A DNA stretch of 64,000 nt, taken from the NCBI GenBank assembly GCA_964016885.1, contig OZ024741.1:414346001-414410000 (forward strand), in the 5' to 3' direction. This document shows positions 24,833 through 36,419 of this stretch, in pieces; the stretch's first letter is position 1, and each line of letters begins with the position of its first letter. The notes beneath the pieces are model-generated. The model did no database searches and was not told where the DNA came from. It saw only the letters and a list, made by a program, of their open reading frames with translations. The position numbers were made by a program, and so were the translations under genes. This DNA comes from Eledone cirrhosa. Its lineage: Eukaryota.

Positions 24833-25021
24833 TAATTATTTCTACTTTAGGCACAAGGCCAGCAATTACCCAGTACATTACTGGTACTTTATTTCATCGA
24901 CCCCTGTAAGGATGAAAGGCAAAGTCAACCTCGGCGGGATTTGAACTCAGATCATAAAGGGACGTAACTATGCTGGAAAGCATGGCGTCGGACCATCTAC
25001 CGATACTGCCAATCCACCGCC
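24833..25021 (-). mobile_element. tRNA-derived SINE copy, inverted (tail-to-tail) relative to 24619-24790
   Basis: Its reverse complement reads GCGGTGGATTGGCAGTATCGGTAGA...GAGTTCAAATCC...GTACCAGTAATGTACTGG. Confidence 0.8.
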
Positions 25022-25101
25022 CTTTAATTATATATAATAGTTATATATACTAGTTATATTATATAGTTATATTATATAGTTATATATATTAGTTATATTA
25101 T

Positions 25102-28100
25102 ATCATCATCATCATCATCATCGTTTAACGTCCATGTTCCACGCTTGCATGGGTTTGGACGGGAGTTTTCCCACTTGAGGCAAGAGTGGTTGTCTTGCTC
25201 GCATAGGACTGTCTGGCGGGTTTTCTACAGCTGGATGCCCTTCCTAACACCAACCACATTTACAGTGTGGGACTGGCAGGTTTTTACCGTGTTGCCTACA
25301 CGGCCACATTACAGCGTGGACTGTGTGTTTTTTTGTCGTGACACCTACACGATCTCATTTGTTTCGGCCTGGATGTTGTGGCACCAACATAACTTTACAT
25401 TGAAAGGGGCGGTGTGGATGGGACGGGGGTGGTGGGACGGGGGTGTATTTTGTTAGAGATGCCTACTGACTGTAGTAGGTTTTACTTTGTATTTAGGTAA
25501 GGCGGGTCTTCTCTATTACTGAGTACCGCCAAAGATCTCGGTCCAGTGACATTGTCTTGGAGAGGTGTAAGTGTGTGAGGTCGGAATTTATCAGGTCGTC
25601 CCAGATTATTCTGGGTCTGCCTACTCCGTGGCTACCGTCTATCTTTATTGCCCTGCACTTTTTTATACAGCTGTCATCTTTCATGCGCATCACGTGACCA
25701 TACCAACGTAGCCTTCTCTTGAGTAAACAACATCTGATCCCTCTTATTTCTAATTTTTCCCTTAGTTCGTTTATGCTTTGCCGTTCGCGTATATTACTAT
25801 TACACATCCAGCGGAGCATGCAAGCTTTGTTCCTCTCTAGTCTGCGTATATCCTCTGCACACAATGCCCAGGTCTCACTGCCATGCAACATTGCTGTTCG
25901 TATGCAGGCATCATACAGCCTGCCTTTCATTTTTAGGGAGAACCCTTTAGCGGCTAATAGTGGTATAAGCTCTCTGAACTTTTTCCATCCAGTTCTGACT
26001 CTAGCTACTGTACTTTCAGAGCACCCTCCCCCACTGCTGATTTTGTCACCCAGGTAACGGAAGCTGTCCACTATTTCTATAGAACCCTCTGTGCAATTGA
26101 AAGAGCTAGTATTTTGTGGGCACTTGCTGCTACTTATTGCACCAGAGCACCGGCCACATGTAAAATCTGTGTTCTTAGTTAGCTTACCTGTGATCCCACT
26201 ACATCTTTTATGCACCCATATTTTGCATTTGGCACATAAAATGGAGTTTCTACCTACATACTGAGCATGGCCATTTCCCGGAAAGGACCGGCGCCTTATT
26301 TTCTTTCCTACAAACTAGAAATTTAGTCTTAGCCAGGTTAATTTTAAGGCCTTTTGATTCTAGGCCGTGCTTCCATGTTTGGAATTTCTTCTCTAGCTCG
26401 GCCATTGATTCAGCTATGAGCGTTAGATCATCTGCGTATAGGAGTTCCCATGGGCAGCTGGTCTTGAACTCCACTGTTATAGCCTGAAGGGCAATAATAA
26501 ATAGTAGGGGGCTAAGAACAGAGCCCTGATGAACACCAACTTTTACGCTAAACTCTTCACTATATTCATTGTTAATTCTAACCTTGCTGACTGTTTCTTT
26601 ATACATGGCTTGTATAGCTCTCACAAGCCATTCATCGACACCTAGTTTTCTAAGGGCCCACCAGATAATGGAACGGGGAACTCTGTCGAAGGCTTTCTCC
26701 AAGTCGACAAAAGCTAAGTATAGGGGTTTACTTTTAACTAGGTACTTCTCCTGTAGTTGTCGTACAATGAAAAGAGCGTCTGTGGTACCTTTGCCTGATA
26801 CAAACCCGAACTGCATTTCATCTAGATAAATTCTCTCTCTGATTAGTTGCGCTATTACTTTTTACGTGACCTTCATGACCTGGTCGATTAATTTAATGCC
26901 TCTATAGTTACTCCTATCTAGGGCGTCTCCTTTACCCTTGTAGCAGTTAATGATGATGCTGCTACGCCAGTCCTTCGGAACAACCCCATTCTGTATGACT
27001 TGGTTCCAGAGGCTTTCAGCATCTCAGCAACTATTTCCGAAGGCCCAGCTGCCTTACCCGTCTTCATATCTTTGATTGCCTTACTTATTATACTACCTTC
27101 GACTAACACTGCTGGTCCCTCTATTGGGTCGATGTGGGGGAGACTGTCTTTCTCCCATTTATTCTCCTCATTTAGTAGCCTTTCATAGTGACACTTCCAA
27201 GCTACCTTCTTATCAGCGTCAGTGATGGCAACTACGCCATCATCATTAAGTACACACTTCTCCCCGACAATATCACGGTTTTCCTTGACACATTGCCTAG
27301 CAATCCTGAACACCTCACGTTTTTGGTCCTCGCGTTGTAGAACATGATTGAACTTTCTCTCCTCTGCTTCCCTTCTTGCGAAGTACACTTGTCTCCTAGC
27401 TTCCCTCCTGGCCACTTGATAGTCTTCTCTACTTCCCCCATCCCGCCATACTTTCCAAGCCTGCTTTTTGGCTTTAATTGACTCCTTCACCTTACTGTTC
27501 CACCACCATGTTACTCTCCTCCTGCCTACAGGCCTGCTCCAGCCACAGACTTCGTCTGCCGCCATCAGCAGGTTTGCTTTCAAGAATTCCCACTGTTCCT
27601 CTATATTGTATGACTCTAATTGCTCTTCCTTACTGTCGAAAGCATCAAGTAATATGCTTTTAAATTTATTTCTGGCTGTAGGGTCATTTAGCTTCCATAT
27701 TTTTCTCCTGAGGATAGTCCTCTTCTGTTGTCTAGTACGTCTCGTCCTGACTATGAGGTCGCTAATTATCAGTCTATGTTGGGAGGTGCATTCTTCATGG
27801 GGGAGGGATTTAGTGTTTACAACAGACACTCTGTCACGTCTTCTGGTAAGGATATAATCTACCTGGCTGGTATGTTCCCCTGATCTGTAGGTGATCAAGT
27901 GATTGTCTCGTTTTTTGAAGTTAGTGTTACAGATAGTTAGGTTATTTGCATCACAGAATTCCAGGATTCTGGAGCCTTCCTCGTTTCTAGTACCAAACCC
28001 ATAGCCTCCGTGGATTCCGTCATAGCCATCACAATGTTGTCCAACGTGGCCATTTAGGTTGCCAGCAATAATTATATAGTCACTGTCGGTTATTTGGGAG

Positions 28101-28605
28101 GTAGTGAGCATCAGTGTCTCATAGAATCTGTCTTTTATAGCGCCAGGCAGTCCGGATTGGGGCGCGTATGCAGATATTACTGTCACAGTAGTTCTATTTA
28201 GAACAAGTCTTATTTTAATTATTCTGTCATTTACTCTATTTACATCTATTATCTTATCCACCCATTTTTCTGCTAACATGATTCCTACCCCACCTATCCC
28301 ATTGTCATTTCCCACCCGAAAAGCTTATAGCAACGTTTTTTACCCACAATGAATCTAGCAGACCCGCCCCTCCACCTGGTCTCTTGGATACAGCAAACAT
28401 CAACCTCCTTACGTTCAAGCATTTCTACAACCTCGTTAGAGCGGCCTTTTAAGGTGCCTACATCCATGGTACCAACTCTGAAGTTTTGGATTGTGTTTGG
28501 AGGATGGGGCGCAGGGAAGGGTGAGGGGGATGGGGTTGGGGTTATGTTGGCCATCCGCGGCCGAAACAAAGAGGAGGGGGCCTTGCCCTTTCGTCCGGCA
28601 GCATG
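25102..28605 (-). mobile_element. Near full-length, disrupted RTE-clade LINE (single ORF: APE endonuclease + RT), with 3'UTR and (GAT)n tail
   Basis: Endonuclease motifs IQETRW, SAYAPQ, GNLNGHVG, QVDYIL in ORF pieces 28569-28294 and 28315-26918. RT motifs QFGF, FVDLEKAFDRV, GVHQGSVLSPLLF, LLYADD in 26816-26250. FRYLG and HGSETW in 26215-25493. Several frameshifts. Confidence 0.92.
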
Positions 28606-28740
28606 ATTATATATATTAGTTATATATATTAATTATATATATTAGTTATATAATCCAGTTATATAAAATATAATATAGTTATATATAACAGTTATATATA
28701 ATAGTTATATATAATAGTTATATATATTAGCTATATATAT

Positions 28741-29930
28741 TTCCCATCTGGGAAATGGCCATGCTCAGTGTGTAGGAAAGGAGTAGGCAGAAACTCCATT
28801 TTATGTCCCAAATGCAAAGTATGGGTGCATAAAAGATGTAGTGGGATCACAGGTAAGCTAACTAAGAATATAGATTTTATATGTGGCCGATGCTCAGGTG
28901 TAATAAGTAGCAGCAAGCGCCTACAGAATACTAGCTCATTCCATTGCACAGATGGTTCTATAGAAATAGTGGACACCTTCCGTTACCTGGGTGACAAAAT
29001 CAGCAGTGGTGGAGGGTGCTCTGAAAGTACAGTAGCTAGAGTCAGAATGGGATGGAAAAAGTTCAGAGAGCTTATACCACTCTTGGCCGCTAAATGGTTC
29101 TCTCTAAAAATGAAAGGCAGGCTGTATAATGCCTGCATACGAACAGCAATGTTACATGGCAGTGAGACTTGGGCATTGTGTGCAGAGGATATACGCAGAC
29201 TGGAGAGGAACGAAGCTTGCATGGTCCGTTGGATGTGTAATAGTAATATACGTGAACGGCAAAGCATAAATGAACTAAGAGAGAAATTAGGAATAAGAGG
29301 GACCAGATGTTGTTTACTCGAGAGAAGACTACGTTGGTACTGTCACGTGATGCGCATGAAAGACGACAGCTGTATAAAAAAGTGCAGGGCGATAAAAATA
29401 GACAGTAGCCACGGAGTAGGCAGACCCAGAAAAACCTGGGACGACTTGATAAATTCCGACCTCACACACTTACACCTCTCCAAGACAATGTCACTGGACT
29501 GAGATCTTTGGCGCTACACAGTAATATAGAAGACCTGCCTTGCCTAAGTACAAAGCGAAACCTACAGTCAGTAGGCACCTCTCAACAAAAATACACCCCG
29601 TCCCACTACTCCCACCCCATCCACACCACCCCTTTCGATGTAAAGTTATGTTGGTACCACAACATCCAGTCCGAAATAAATGAAGTCGTGTAGGTGTCAC
29701 GACAAAAAAAACTCACAGTCCACGCTGTAATGTGGCCATGTAGGTAACACGGTAAAAACCTGCCAGTCCACACTGTAAACGTGCTTGGTGTTAGGAAGGG
29801 CATCCAGCCGTAGAAAACCCGCCAGACAGTCCTATACAAGCAAGACAACCAAACTTGCCTCAAGTGGGAAAATTCCCGTCCAAACCCATGCAAGCGTGGA
29901 AGATGGACGTTAAACGATGATGATGATGAT
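28741..29930 (+). mobile_element. 5'-truncated copy of the same RTE family, inverted relative to 25102-26280
   Basis: ORF 28768-29502 is near-identical in protein to 26215-25493. Same 3'UTR and GGACGTTAAAC(GAT)n end. Confidence 0.92.
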
Positions 29931-30017
29931 TAGTTATATATAACTATTATATATAATAGTTATATTATATAGTTATATAATATAGTTATATAAAATATAA
30001 TACAGTTATATAATATA

Positions 30018-30879
30018 CTAGCAGTAAAGCCCGGCGTTGCTCGGGGTCGCTCAGTAGCTGTGTTAAAGTTACAATGTTAAGTTTCTTTCTTGGCTTAAAA
30101 ACTGTAGTGTCTACTGTGCAGACTTGCATGTGGTGTTTTTGATTAATATTCCCTCAACCAACAATATGCCTTATGAAGTTAAGAAAACATAACGATAACC
30201 CGAATGTTATAACAAAAGAGGATGCTGGGGATAGAAACTGCACTGGTTATTTATTAACAAAGATCGAAAATGTAAACACTGCAACGCAGAGAAAAACATT
30301 AGCGTAACCAAATTATCAGTTATGTCTGTCTGCACGCCTATATCACCTCTCTGCACGACTGTCTGTCTGCATGCCTATATCACCTCTCTGCACGACTGTC
30401 TGTCTGCACGCGTATATCACCTCTCTGCACGACTGTCTGTCTGCACGCCTAACGACGAAATATTTGCTTGTTTTACGTAGTCTTTAAATAGACTTGTTTT
30501 CAAGTAAAAATATTGTTTTAAAATGCTTTTAAATGGAAATGAAGCAAAACGGAAGCTTAGTGTTCGAACTGATGAATTTTGCAGGTCAATATTTTGCTGG
30601 CTCGACAACTGTTAAAGCCAGCGTAATTTTTTACGTAAGACGCTCAATGTAAACAGAACAAAGGGAAATAACTGATAACTTACGCTCAAAAATCGATACA
30701 TTATATTCGATTTCGTCACATAGGGTGGGTCAATTTGAAATTTTTTTTTTTCCGATGTCTTCGCTAGGGCTCAATGTACAAGTATAGCAATTTCGGTGCA
30801 ATTCCGTGAGAGATTCTAAGAGGAGATGTGTGCCAAAAATCGATAGACAGACAGACAACCACAGTTTTATATATATAGA
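30018..30879 (-). mobile_element. Non-autonomous Helitron-like element with an internal 37-bp tandem repeat (x~3.5, 30323-30450)
   Basis: On the minus strand it begins A|TCTATATATATAAAA followed by (GTCT)n, and ends with hairpin CCCGAGCAACGCCGGG then CTAG|T. No target-site duplication. Confidence 0.7.
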
Positions 30880-30899
30880 TAATACAGTCATATAAAATA

Positions 30900-31670
30900 C
30901 TAGCAGAATGGCCTGGCATTGCTCAGGCTTCTAAACATAGATTGGCATGTTTATCCCTCCTTTCTGAAACAGTACAGGGAAGTACGGAATACCTCCTGGG
31001 GATGGTGTCTACATTTTGTGCTTATAAAAAAAATTTGTCGTAGATTACCAGGGGTGTAACTTAATTGGGTGCCTGAGAGTAAAATGTTCAACCCACGGAA
31101 ACCAAGACGATAGGGTTAAGTAAAAAGGCATTCGACAAACCGAACATGTATTTGTTGTGCTATTGTACAATGAAGGTTACAGAGCAGTAAGCATGTGGGA
31201 CTGCAGTGGTGGAGAGCATGAAGGAATTTAGTTGGATACTTTTAAGGTTACAAAAATCTACCCAATCTGATATAGACCGAACTGTTATATTGGATGCCGA
31301 ACACTTCGGAGTTACTATTGGGGTCACCATCAACAATTTCAAGGGATGTACGTTTAAGTAGGGATAATATAGTCTATAAAGAGAGGTAACTCTTTCAAAA
31401 TACTAAAGAGTTGTCTCGCTTGAACATTGTAGACAAAATAGCTGAACTGAACTGACAAAAAGGGCTTAAAGTTTAGTGAAAAAAAAACGCCTTTAACAAG
31501 AGAATATTGAAATATAAAAGCTGCAGTTAATATCTTTAGACCGCAAGGAATATATAAATGCAAGTTTGAAGTCAACTGGAGTAGAGATGTGGATTTGTAT
31601 AGATTTTGCCAAAAAGAGGACACACACACACACACACACAGACAATTTTAGTTTTATATATATGTTTAGA
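30900..31670 (-). mobile_element. Second, more diverged non-autonomous Helitron-like element in tandem
   Basis: 3' end CCTGAGCAATGCCAGG...CTGCTAG|T resembles the first element. 5' end TCTAAACATATATATAAAACT followed by (TG)n. Confidence 0.55.
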
Positions 31671-31795
31671 TAATATAAAATATAATACAGTTATATAAAA
31701 TATAATATAGTTATATAAAATATAATATAGTTATATAAAATATAATATAGTTATATAAAATATAATATAGTTATATAAAATATAATATAGTTATA
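31671..31795. repeat. 20-bp AT-rich tandem repeat (TATAATATAGTTATATAAAA) x~6
   Basis: Directly visible. Related TAGTTATATA-type sequence also lies at 24590-24615, 25030-25100, 28606-28740 and 29931-30016. Confidence 0.9.
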
Positions 31796-31981
31796 GAATT
31801 CTTAAGTTCTCTCTAGTCTTCAAGATATCACACAACATGAAATAGTACACTGCAATAATTTTGAAAATGTTCCATCATCATCATTTACATTTTCCATGCT
31901 TGCCTGGGTAAGATGGGTTGTCAGGTAATGAGGCGAGACTGATAAGGTAGCCAAAACCTGCTTCTACACTCCATTTTAGTT

Positions 31982-33652
31982 TGGTTTCTACAGCTGGATG
32001 TCCTTCCCAACACCAACCACATTACAGAGTGTACTGGGAGTATGGTTTCTATGGCTAGATGTCCTTCCTAACACCAACCACATTACAGAGTGTACTGGGT
32101 GTATGGTTTCTACAGCTGGATGTCCTTCCCAACACCAACCACATTACAGAGTGTACTGGGAGTATGGTTTCTATGGCTAGATGTCCTTCCTAACACCAAC
32201 CACATTACAGAGTGTACTGGGTGTATGGTTTCTACAGCTGGATGTCCTTCCCAACACCAACCACATTACAGAGTGTACTGGGAGTATGGTTTCTATGGCT
32301 AGATGTCCTTCCTAACACCAACCACATTACAGAGTGTACTGGGTGTATGGTTTCTACAGCTGGATGTCCTTCCCAACACCAACCACATTACAGAGTGTAC
32401 TGGGAGTATGGTTTCTATGGCTAGATGTCCTTCCTAACACCAACCACATTACAGAGTGTACTGGGTGTATGGTTTCTATGGCTAGATGTCCTTCCTAACA
32501 CCAACCACATTACAGAGTGTACTGGGAGTATGGTTTCTATGGCTAGATGTCCTTCCTAACACCAACCACATTACAGAGTGTACTGGGTGTATGGTTTCTA
32601 TGGCTAGATGTCCCTCCTAACACCAACCACATTACAGAGTGTACTGGGTGTATGGTTTCTATGGCTAGATGTCCTTCCTAACACCAACCACATTACAGAG
32701 TGTACTGGGAGTATGGTTTCTATGGCTAGATGTCCTTCCTAACACCAACCACATTACAGAGTGTACTGGGAGTATGGTTTCTATGGCTAGATGTCCTTCC
32801 TAACACCAACCACATTACAGAGTGTACTGGGTGTATGGTTTCTATGGCTGGATGTCCTTTCTAACACCAACCACATTACAGAGTGTACTGGGAGTATGGT
32901 TTCTATGGCTGGATGTCCTTCCTAACACCAACCACTTTACAGAGTGTACTGGGAGTATGGTTTCTATGGCTAGATGTCCTTCCTAACACCAACCACATTA
33001 CAGAGTGTACTGGGTGTATGGTTTCTATGGCTGGATGTCCTTTCTAACACCAACCACTTTACAGAGTGTACTGGGAGTATGGTTTCTATGGCTAGATGTC
33101 CTACCTAACACCAACCACATTACAGAGTGTACTGGGAGTATGGTTTCTATGGCTAGATGTCCTACCTAACACCAACCACATTACAGAGTGTACTGGGTGT
33201 ATGGTTTCTATGGCTGGATGTCCTTTCTAACACCAACCACTTTACAGAGTGTACTGGGAGTATGGTTTCTATGGCTAGATGTCCCTCCTAACACCAACCA
33301 CTTTACAGAGTGTACTGGGAGTATGGTTTCTATGGCTAGATGTCCTACCTAACACCAACCACATTACAGAGTGTACTGGGAGTATGGTTTCTATGGCTGG
33401 ATGTCCTTCCTAACACCAACCACATTACAGAGTGTACTGGGAGTATGGTTTCTATGGCTGGATGTCCTTCCTAACACCAACCATTTTACAGAGTGTACTG
33501 GGAGTATGGTTTCTATGGCTAGATGTCCCTCCTAACACCAACCACTTTACAGAGTGCACTGGGAGTATGGTTTCTATGGCTGGATGTCCTTCCCAACACC
33601 AACCACTTTACAGAGTGTACTGGGAGTATGGTTTCTACAGATGGATGCCTTT
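31982..33652. repeat. 61-bp minisatellite, ~27 copies, derived from the RTE/SINE 3' region
   Basis: Unit TGGTTTCTATGGCTAGATGTCCTTCCTAACACCAACCACATTACAGAGTGTACTGGGAGTA, which matches 25222-25276. Confidence 0.95.
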
Positions 33653-33850
33653 CTAGGGTGGTTGTCACATCTTTGACTTAGCTGAAGAGTCCTACTATTC
33701 TGATCCTTTGATTGGCAGATCTTCTATAACTGGATGCCCTTCTTATCACCAAAACAGTAAAAACATGTCAGAGGTCAACAGAGAAATGTTGATATCCCAC
33801 AACAGTAGTTTATAAAATAAGACAGAGAAATACGGAAAAGAAGAATTTAC

Positions 33851-33917
33851 CATCAGTTAAATAAGCAGTGGCGTCAAACCATTGAAACAGCATACTTAGG
33901 AGACGACCAAGTATTTC
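33851..33917 (-). CDS. unc-79: unc-79-like exon (EILGRLLSMLFQWFDATAYLTD), 67 nt
   Basis: Acceptor tttccAG and donor GTAAAT. In phase with both neighbours. LGRLLSMLF.WF..TAY matches UNC-79 as recalled. Confidence 0.88.
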
Positions 33918-34024
33918 CTGGAAATCAGGAGAAACAACAAATAAAAGAATGTTAAAGGCTTTCAAAACAAATACAAAAGATATATATAAAACTTGACATA
34001 ATATTTCTTTATGGACATATAGTC

Positions 34025-34250
34025 AGAATATCTCAGGAATGAATCACTGGAGTTGTTCAAGGTAGAGCTGCTACTTCTCTGAATTTGGAGATCACAGGTC
34101 CAATACTATGGACATGGTCAGGATGTCTCAGGAAAGAATCAATGGAGTTGCTCCAGGTAAAGCTGCTACTTTTGCAAATTGAGAGATCACAGCTCTGATA
34201 CTTCAGTCATGTGGATAGAATGTCTCAGGAAAGAATCAAGAGAGATACAC
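34025..34250. repeat. Old diverged ~96-bp tandem repeat (~2.3 copies)
   Basis: TCTCAGGAA(T/A)GAATCA at 34031, 34126 and 34223, followed in the first two copies by GGAGTTG...AGCTGCTACTT...GAGATCACAG. Confidence 0.7.
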
Positions 34251-34789
34251 AGGCTTGACAAAGAGCAATAACCCCAAAACAATTGTTGATTGTTTCACTC
34301 TCTGTTACTACTGGAACAAAAGGAGGATGGTGGTCATCTAAGACATATGCCATAATGAGGCTGTTTGCTTGCAAATGAATCAAATATTATTGATATTATT
34401 ATAATATTATTATTAATCACTCAAAATACATTTACGTATCCATTATGTTAAAGCGAAAACAAATTTTTCATGATTTTGTTTATTATTTCCTATCTATTAT
34501 TTACTATTGGTTGTTGTTGTTTTTTTTAAATTTAAACAACAAAAACAACAACAAATTTTTTTCATATTTTGTGTTCAGACAAACATATCCTTTCACCCAA
34601 CAACATATCAATAGTTTTAAAAAAATATTTAAACAATCTTAACTCTTTACCATTTCCATTACTCTATATATACTATTGTATTTCCATGGTAAAGGCTTTA
34701 TCCCACATAATACTGAATCTACAATATTTTGATATTATTTATTTTGAGAACAGTACATTAACATCAGTATGAGTGGCCAGTTACTGCCA

Positions 34790-34925
34790 ATTTGAACAGA
34801 ATGAGGTGAGCGAATTCTAGCAGATACAGCAGGTTTGAACAGAAAGAAATGAGAGAATTCTGGTCAGATACAGCTGGTTTGAATAGGAAGAGGTGAGAGA
34901 ATTCTGGCTGGATACAACCAGTTTA
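34790..34925. repeat. Diverged ~44-bp tandem repeat x3, just downstream of an exon donor
   Basis: TTTGAA..GAA.GAGGTGAG.GAATTCT.G..AGATACAGC.GG repeated three times. Confidence 0.65.
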
Positions 34926-34952
34926 AATGCTAAAGGGTGAATCAATACTTAC

Positions 34953-35136
34953 AATTGAAATATCCTCTTTGGGTTTACAAAGTTCAACTAACAACCAAAT
35001 TCCATAGCGACTCAACAACTTTCGGTCAGCACCACCTTCGTCATAGAAATCGTCTTCTTCAGGAAGTTGATAGAAATGTTCTTCACCCATTTCAACAACT
35101 CGTTTTGATTGCAGAGGTTGTGCTTCTTTAAGCAGA
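34953..35136 (-). CDS. unc-79: unc-79-like exon ((S)LLKEAQPLQSKRVVEMGEEHFYQLPEEDDFYDEGGADRKLLSRYGIWLLVELCKPKEDISI), 184 nt
   Basis: Acceptor ttttccAG and donor GTAAGT. Phase-2 start completes AG|T. LLSRYGIWLLV.LC.P matches UNC-79 as recalled. Confidence 0.9.
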
Positions 35137-35221
35137 CTGGAAAATACAAAGAATCATAGAACCAACAAAAACTTCACATTTCAATTATTAAACAAAAATA
35201 TTTTTTTAATTATTTAAACCA

Positions 35222-35440
35222 GCATGTGGGAGACCGAGGGGTAGACCCCGAGCAAGATGGTTGAATAACATCCATGAGCTTGGTTGGCCTCACTTGGGGG
35301 TCTAGCCAGATCAGGTAGAGACAGTTGCTTTTGACAGGACCTGCTGGAAGGAGTGTTTGAGGACACTGACCCCACAATCCTCTCAGGAAGAAGAAGAAGG
35401 TAAGAAAAAGAAAAAGAAGAAGAACAACAACAACAAAAAC
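35222..35440 (+). mobile_element. Decayed 3' end of another RTE-clade (Expander/Rex3-like) LINE with (GAA)n tail
   Basis: Translates as GRPRGRPRARWLNNIHELGWPHLGV*...DRTCW, followed by GAAGAAGAAG. Confidence 0.55.
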
Positions 35441-35929
35441 AATAACAATAAGGCAGCTAGAGCTATTGGTGGTTTGAGGGAGTTGACACGTTTATTTGCA
35501 ATGTTTTCTTCACGGTATATATAAACATCTGTCAGTCCGTGCGTCTGTCTGATGTTCTAATATATCTGCCACTTCATTATCTATATCATACAACAATAAT
35601 GTACAATTTAAAGAAGATTTTAGCTGCTCTTTCTAGCAATTTAAGCAACCATATAGAAGCTTGTTCATCTCCATGCTGACAAATGTAGAGAAAATCTACA
35701 ACAGAGCTTCCATTACAGTTTTGGGATAAGAGGTGGGCTTAACATATATACTGTATATATATTATTACTACAACTGTTTCATGTATGAAATCATGTACAT
35801 ATCTCTCGCTTGCTGCTCCCCCTCTATATATAGATGAGGGTGACATCATAACTTTCTATCTACCTCTGTCACCTGTAAAACACATGGCATTTCCTTTTCC
35901 CCCTATCTATTTATCTGTTTCAACTCAGA

Positions 35930-36363
35930 ATCCTAACACCAACTGTAAGACGAACCCTAACCCTAACTCTAACCCCAACTGTAAGACTAACCTTAATCCT
36001 AACTCTAGCCCTAATGATAGCCCTATCACTAACACTAGCCCTAACCCTGATTCTAGCCCTAACACTAGCCTTAACTAACCCTAACCCTTGCCCTAACTAA
36101 CCCTAAACCTAGCCCTAACTAACCCTAACCCAAGCCCTAGCCCTGACTAACCCTTACCCTAACTCTAGCCCTGACTAACCCTAACCCTAGTCCTGACTAA
36201 CCCTAACCCTAGTCCTGACTAACCCTAACTCGCCCTAGCCCTAACTAACCCTAACCCTAACCGTAGCCCTAGCCCTGATTAACCCTAACCTAACTCTAGC
36301 CCTGACTAACCCTAACCAACCTTAACCCTAACTCTAGCCCTAACCCTAGCCCTAACCCTAACT
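35930..36363. repeat. Degenerate interstitial telomeric-type repeat (TAACCC/TAGCCC/TAACTC)n
   Basis: Runs such as CCCTAACCCTAACC and CTAACCCTAGCCCTAACCCTA. The minus strand is (TTAGGG)-like. Confidence 0.85.
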
Positions 36364-36419
36364 CAGAGATGTAATTTACCTCCTACAACACAGTTTAGCT
36401 ACTGAAATATATAACTTAC

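Noticed and set aside
28739-28756. Small palindrome ATTTCCCA-TC-TGGGAAAT at the RTE 5' truncation point
   Set aside because: It is short and could simply be a family sequence variant (PSGKW codons), so it is not enough to claim fold-back priming.
31982-33652. Possible CRISPR array (regular 61-bp period)
   Set aside because: The whole unit repeats with no unique spacers, there are no cas genes, and the context is eukaryotic.
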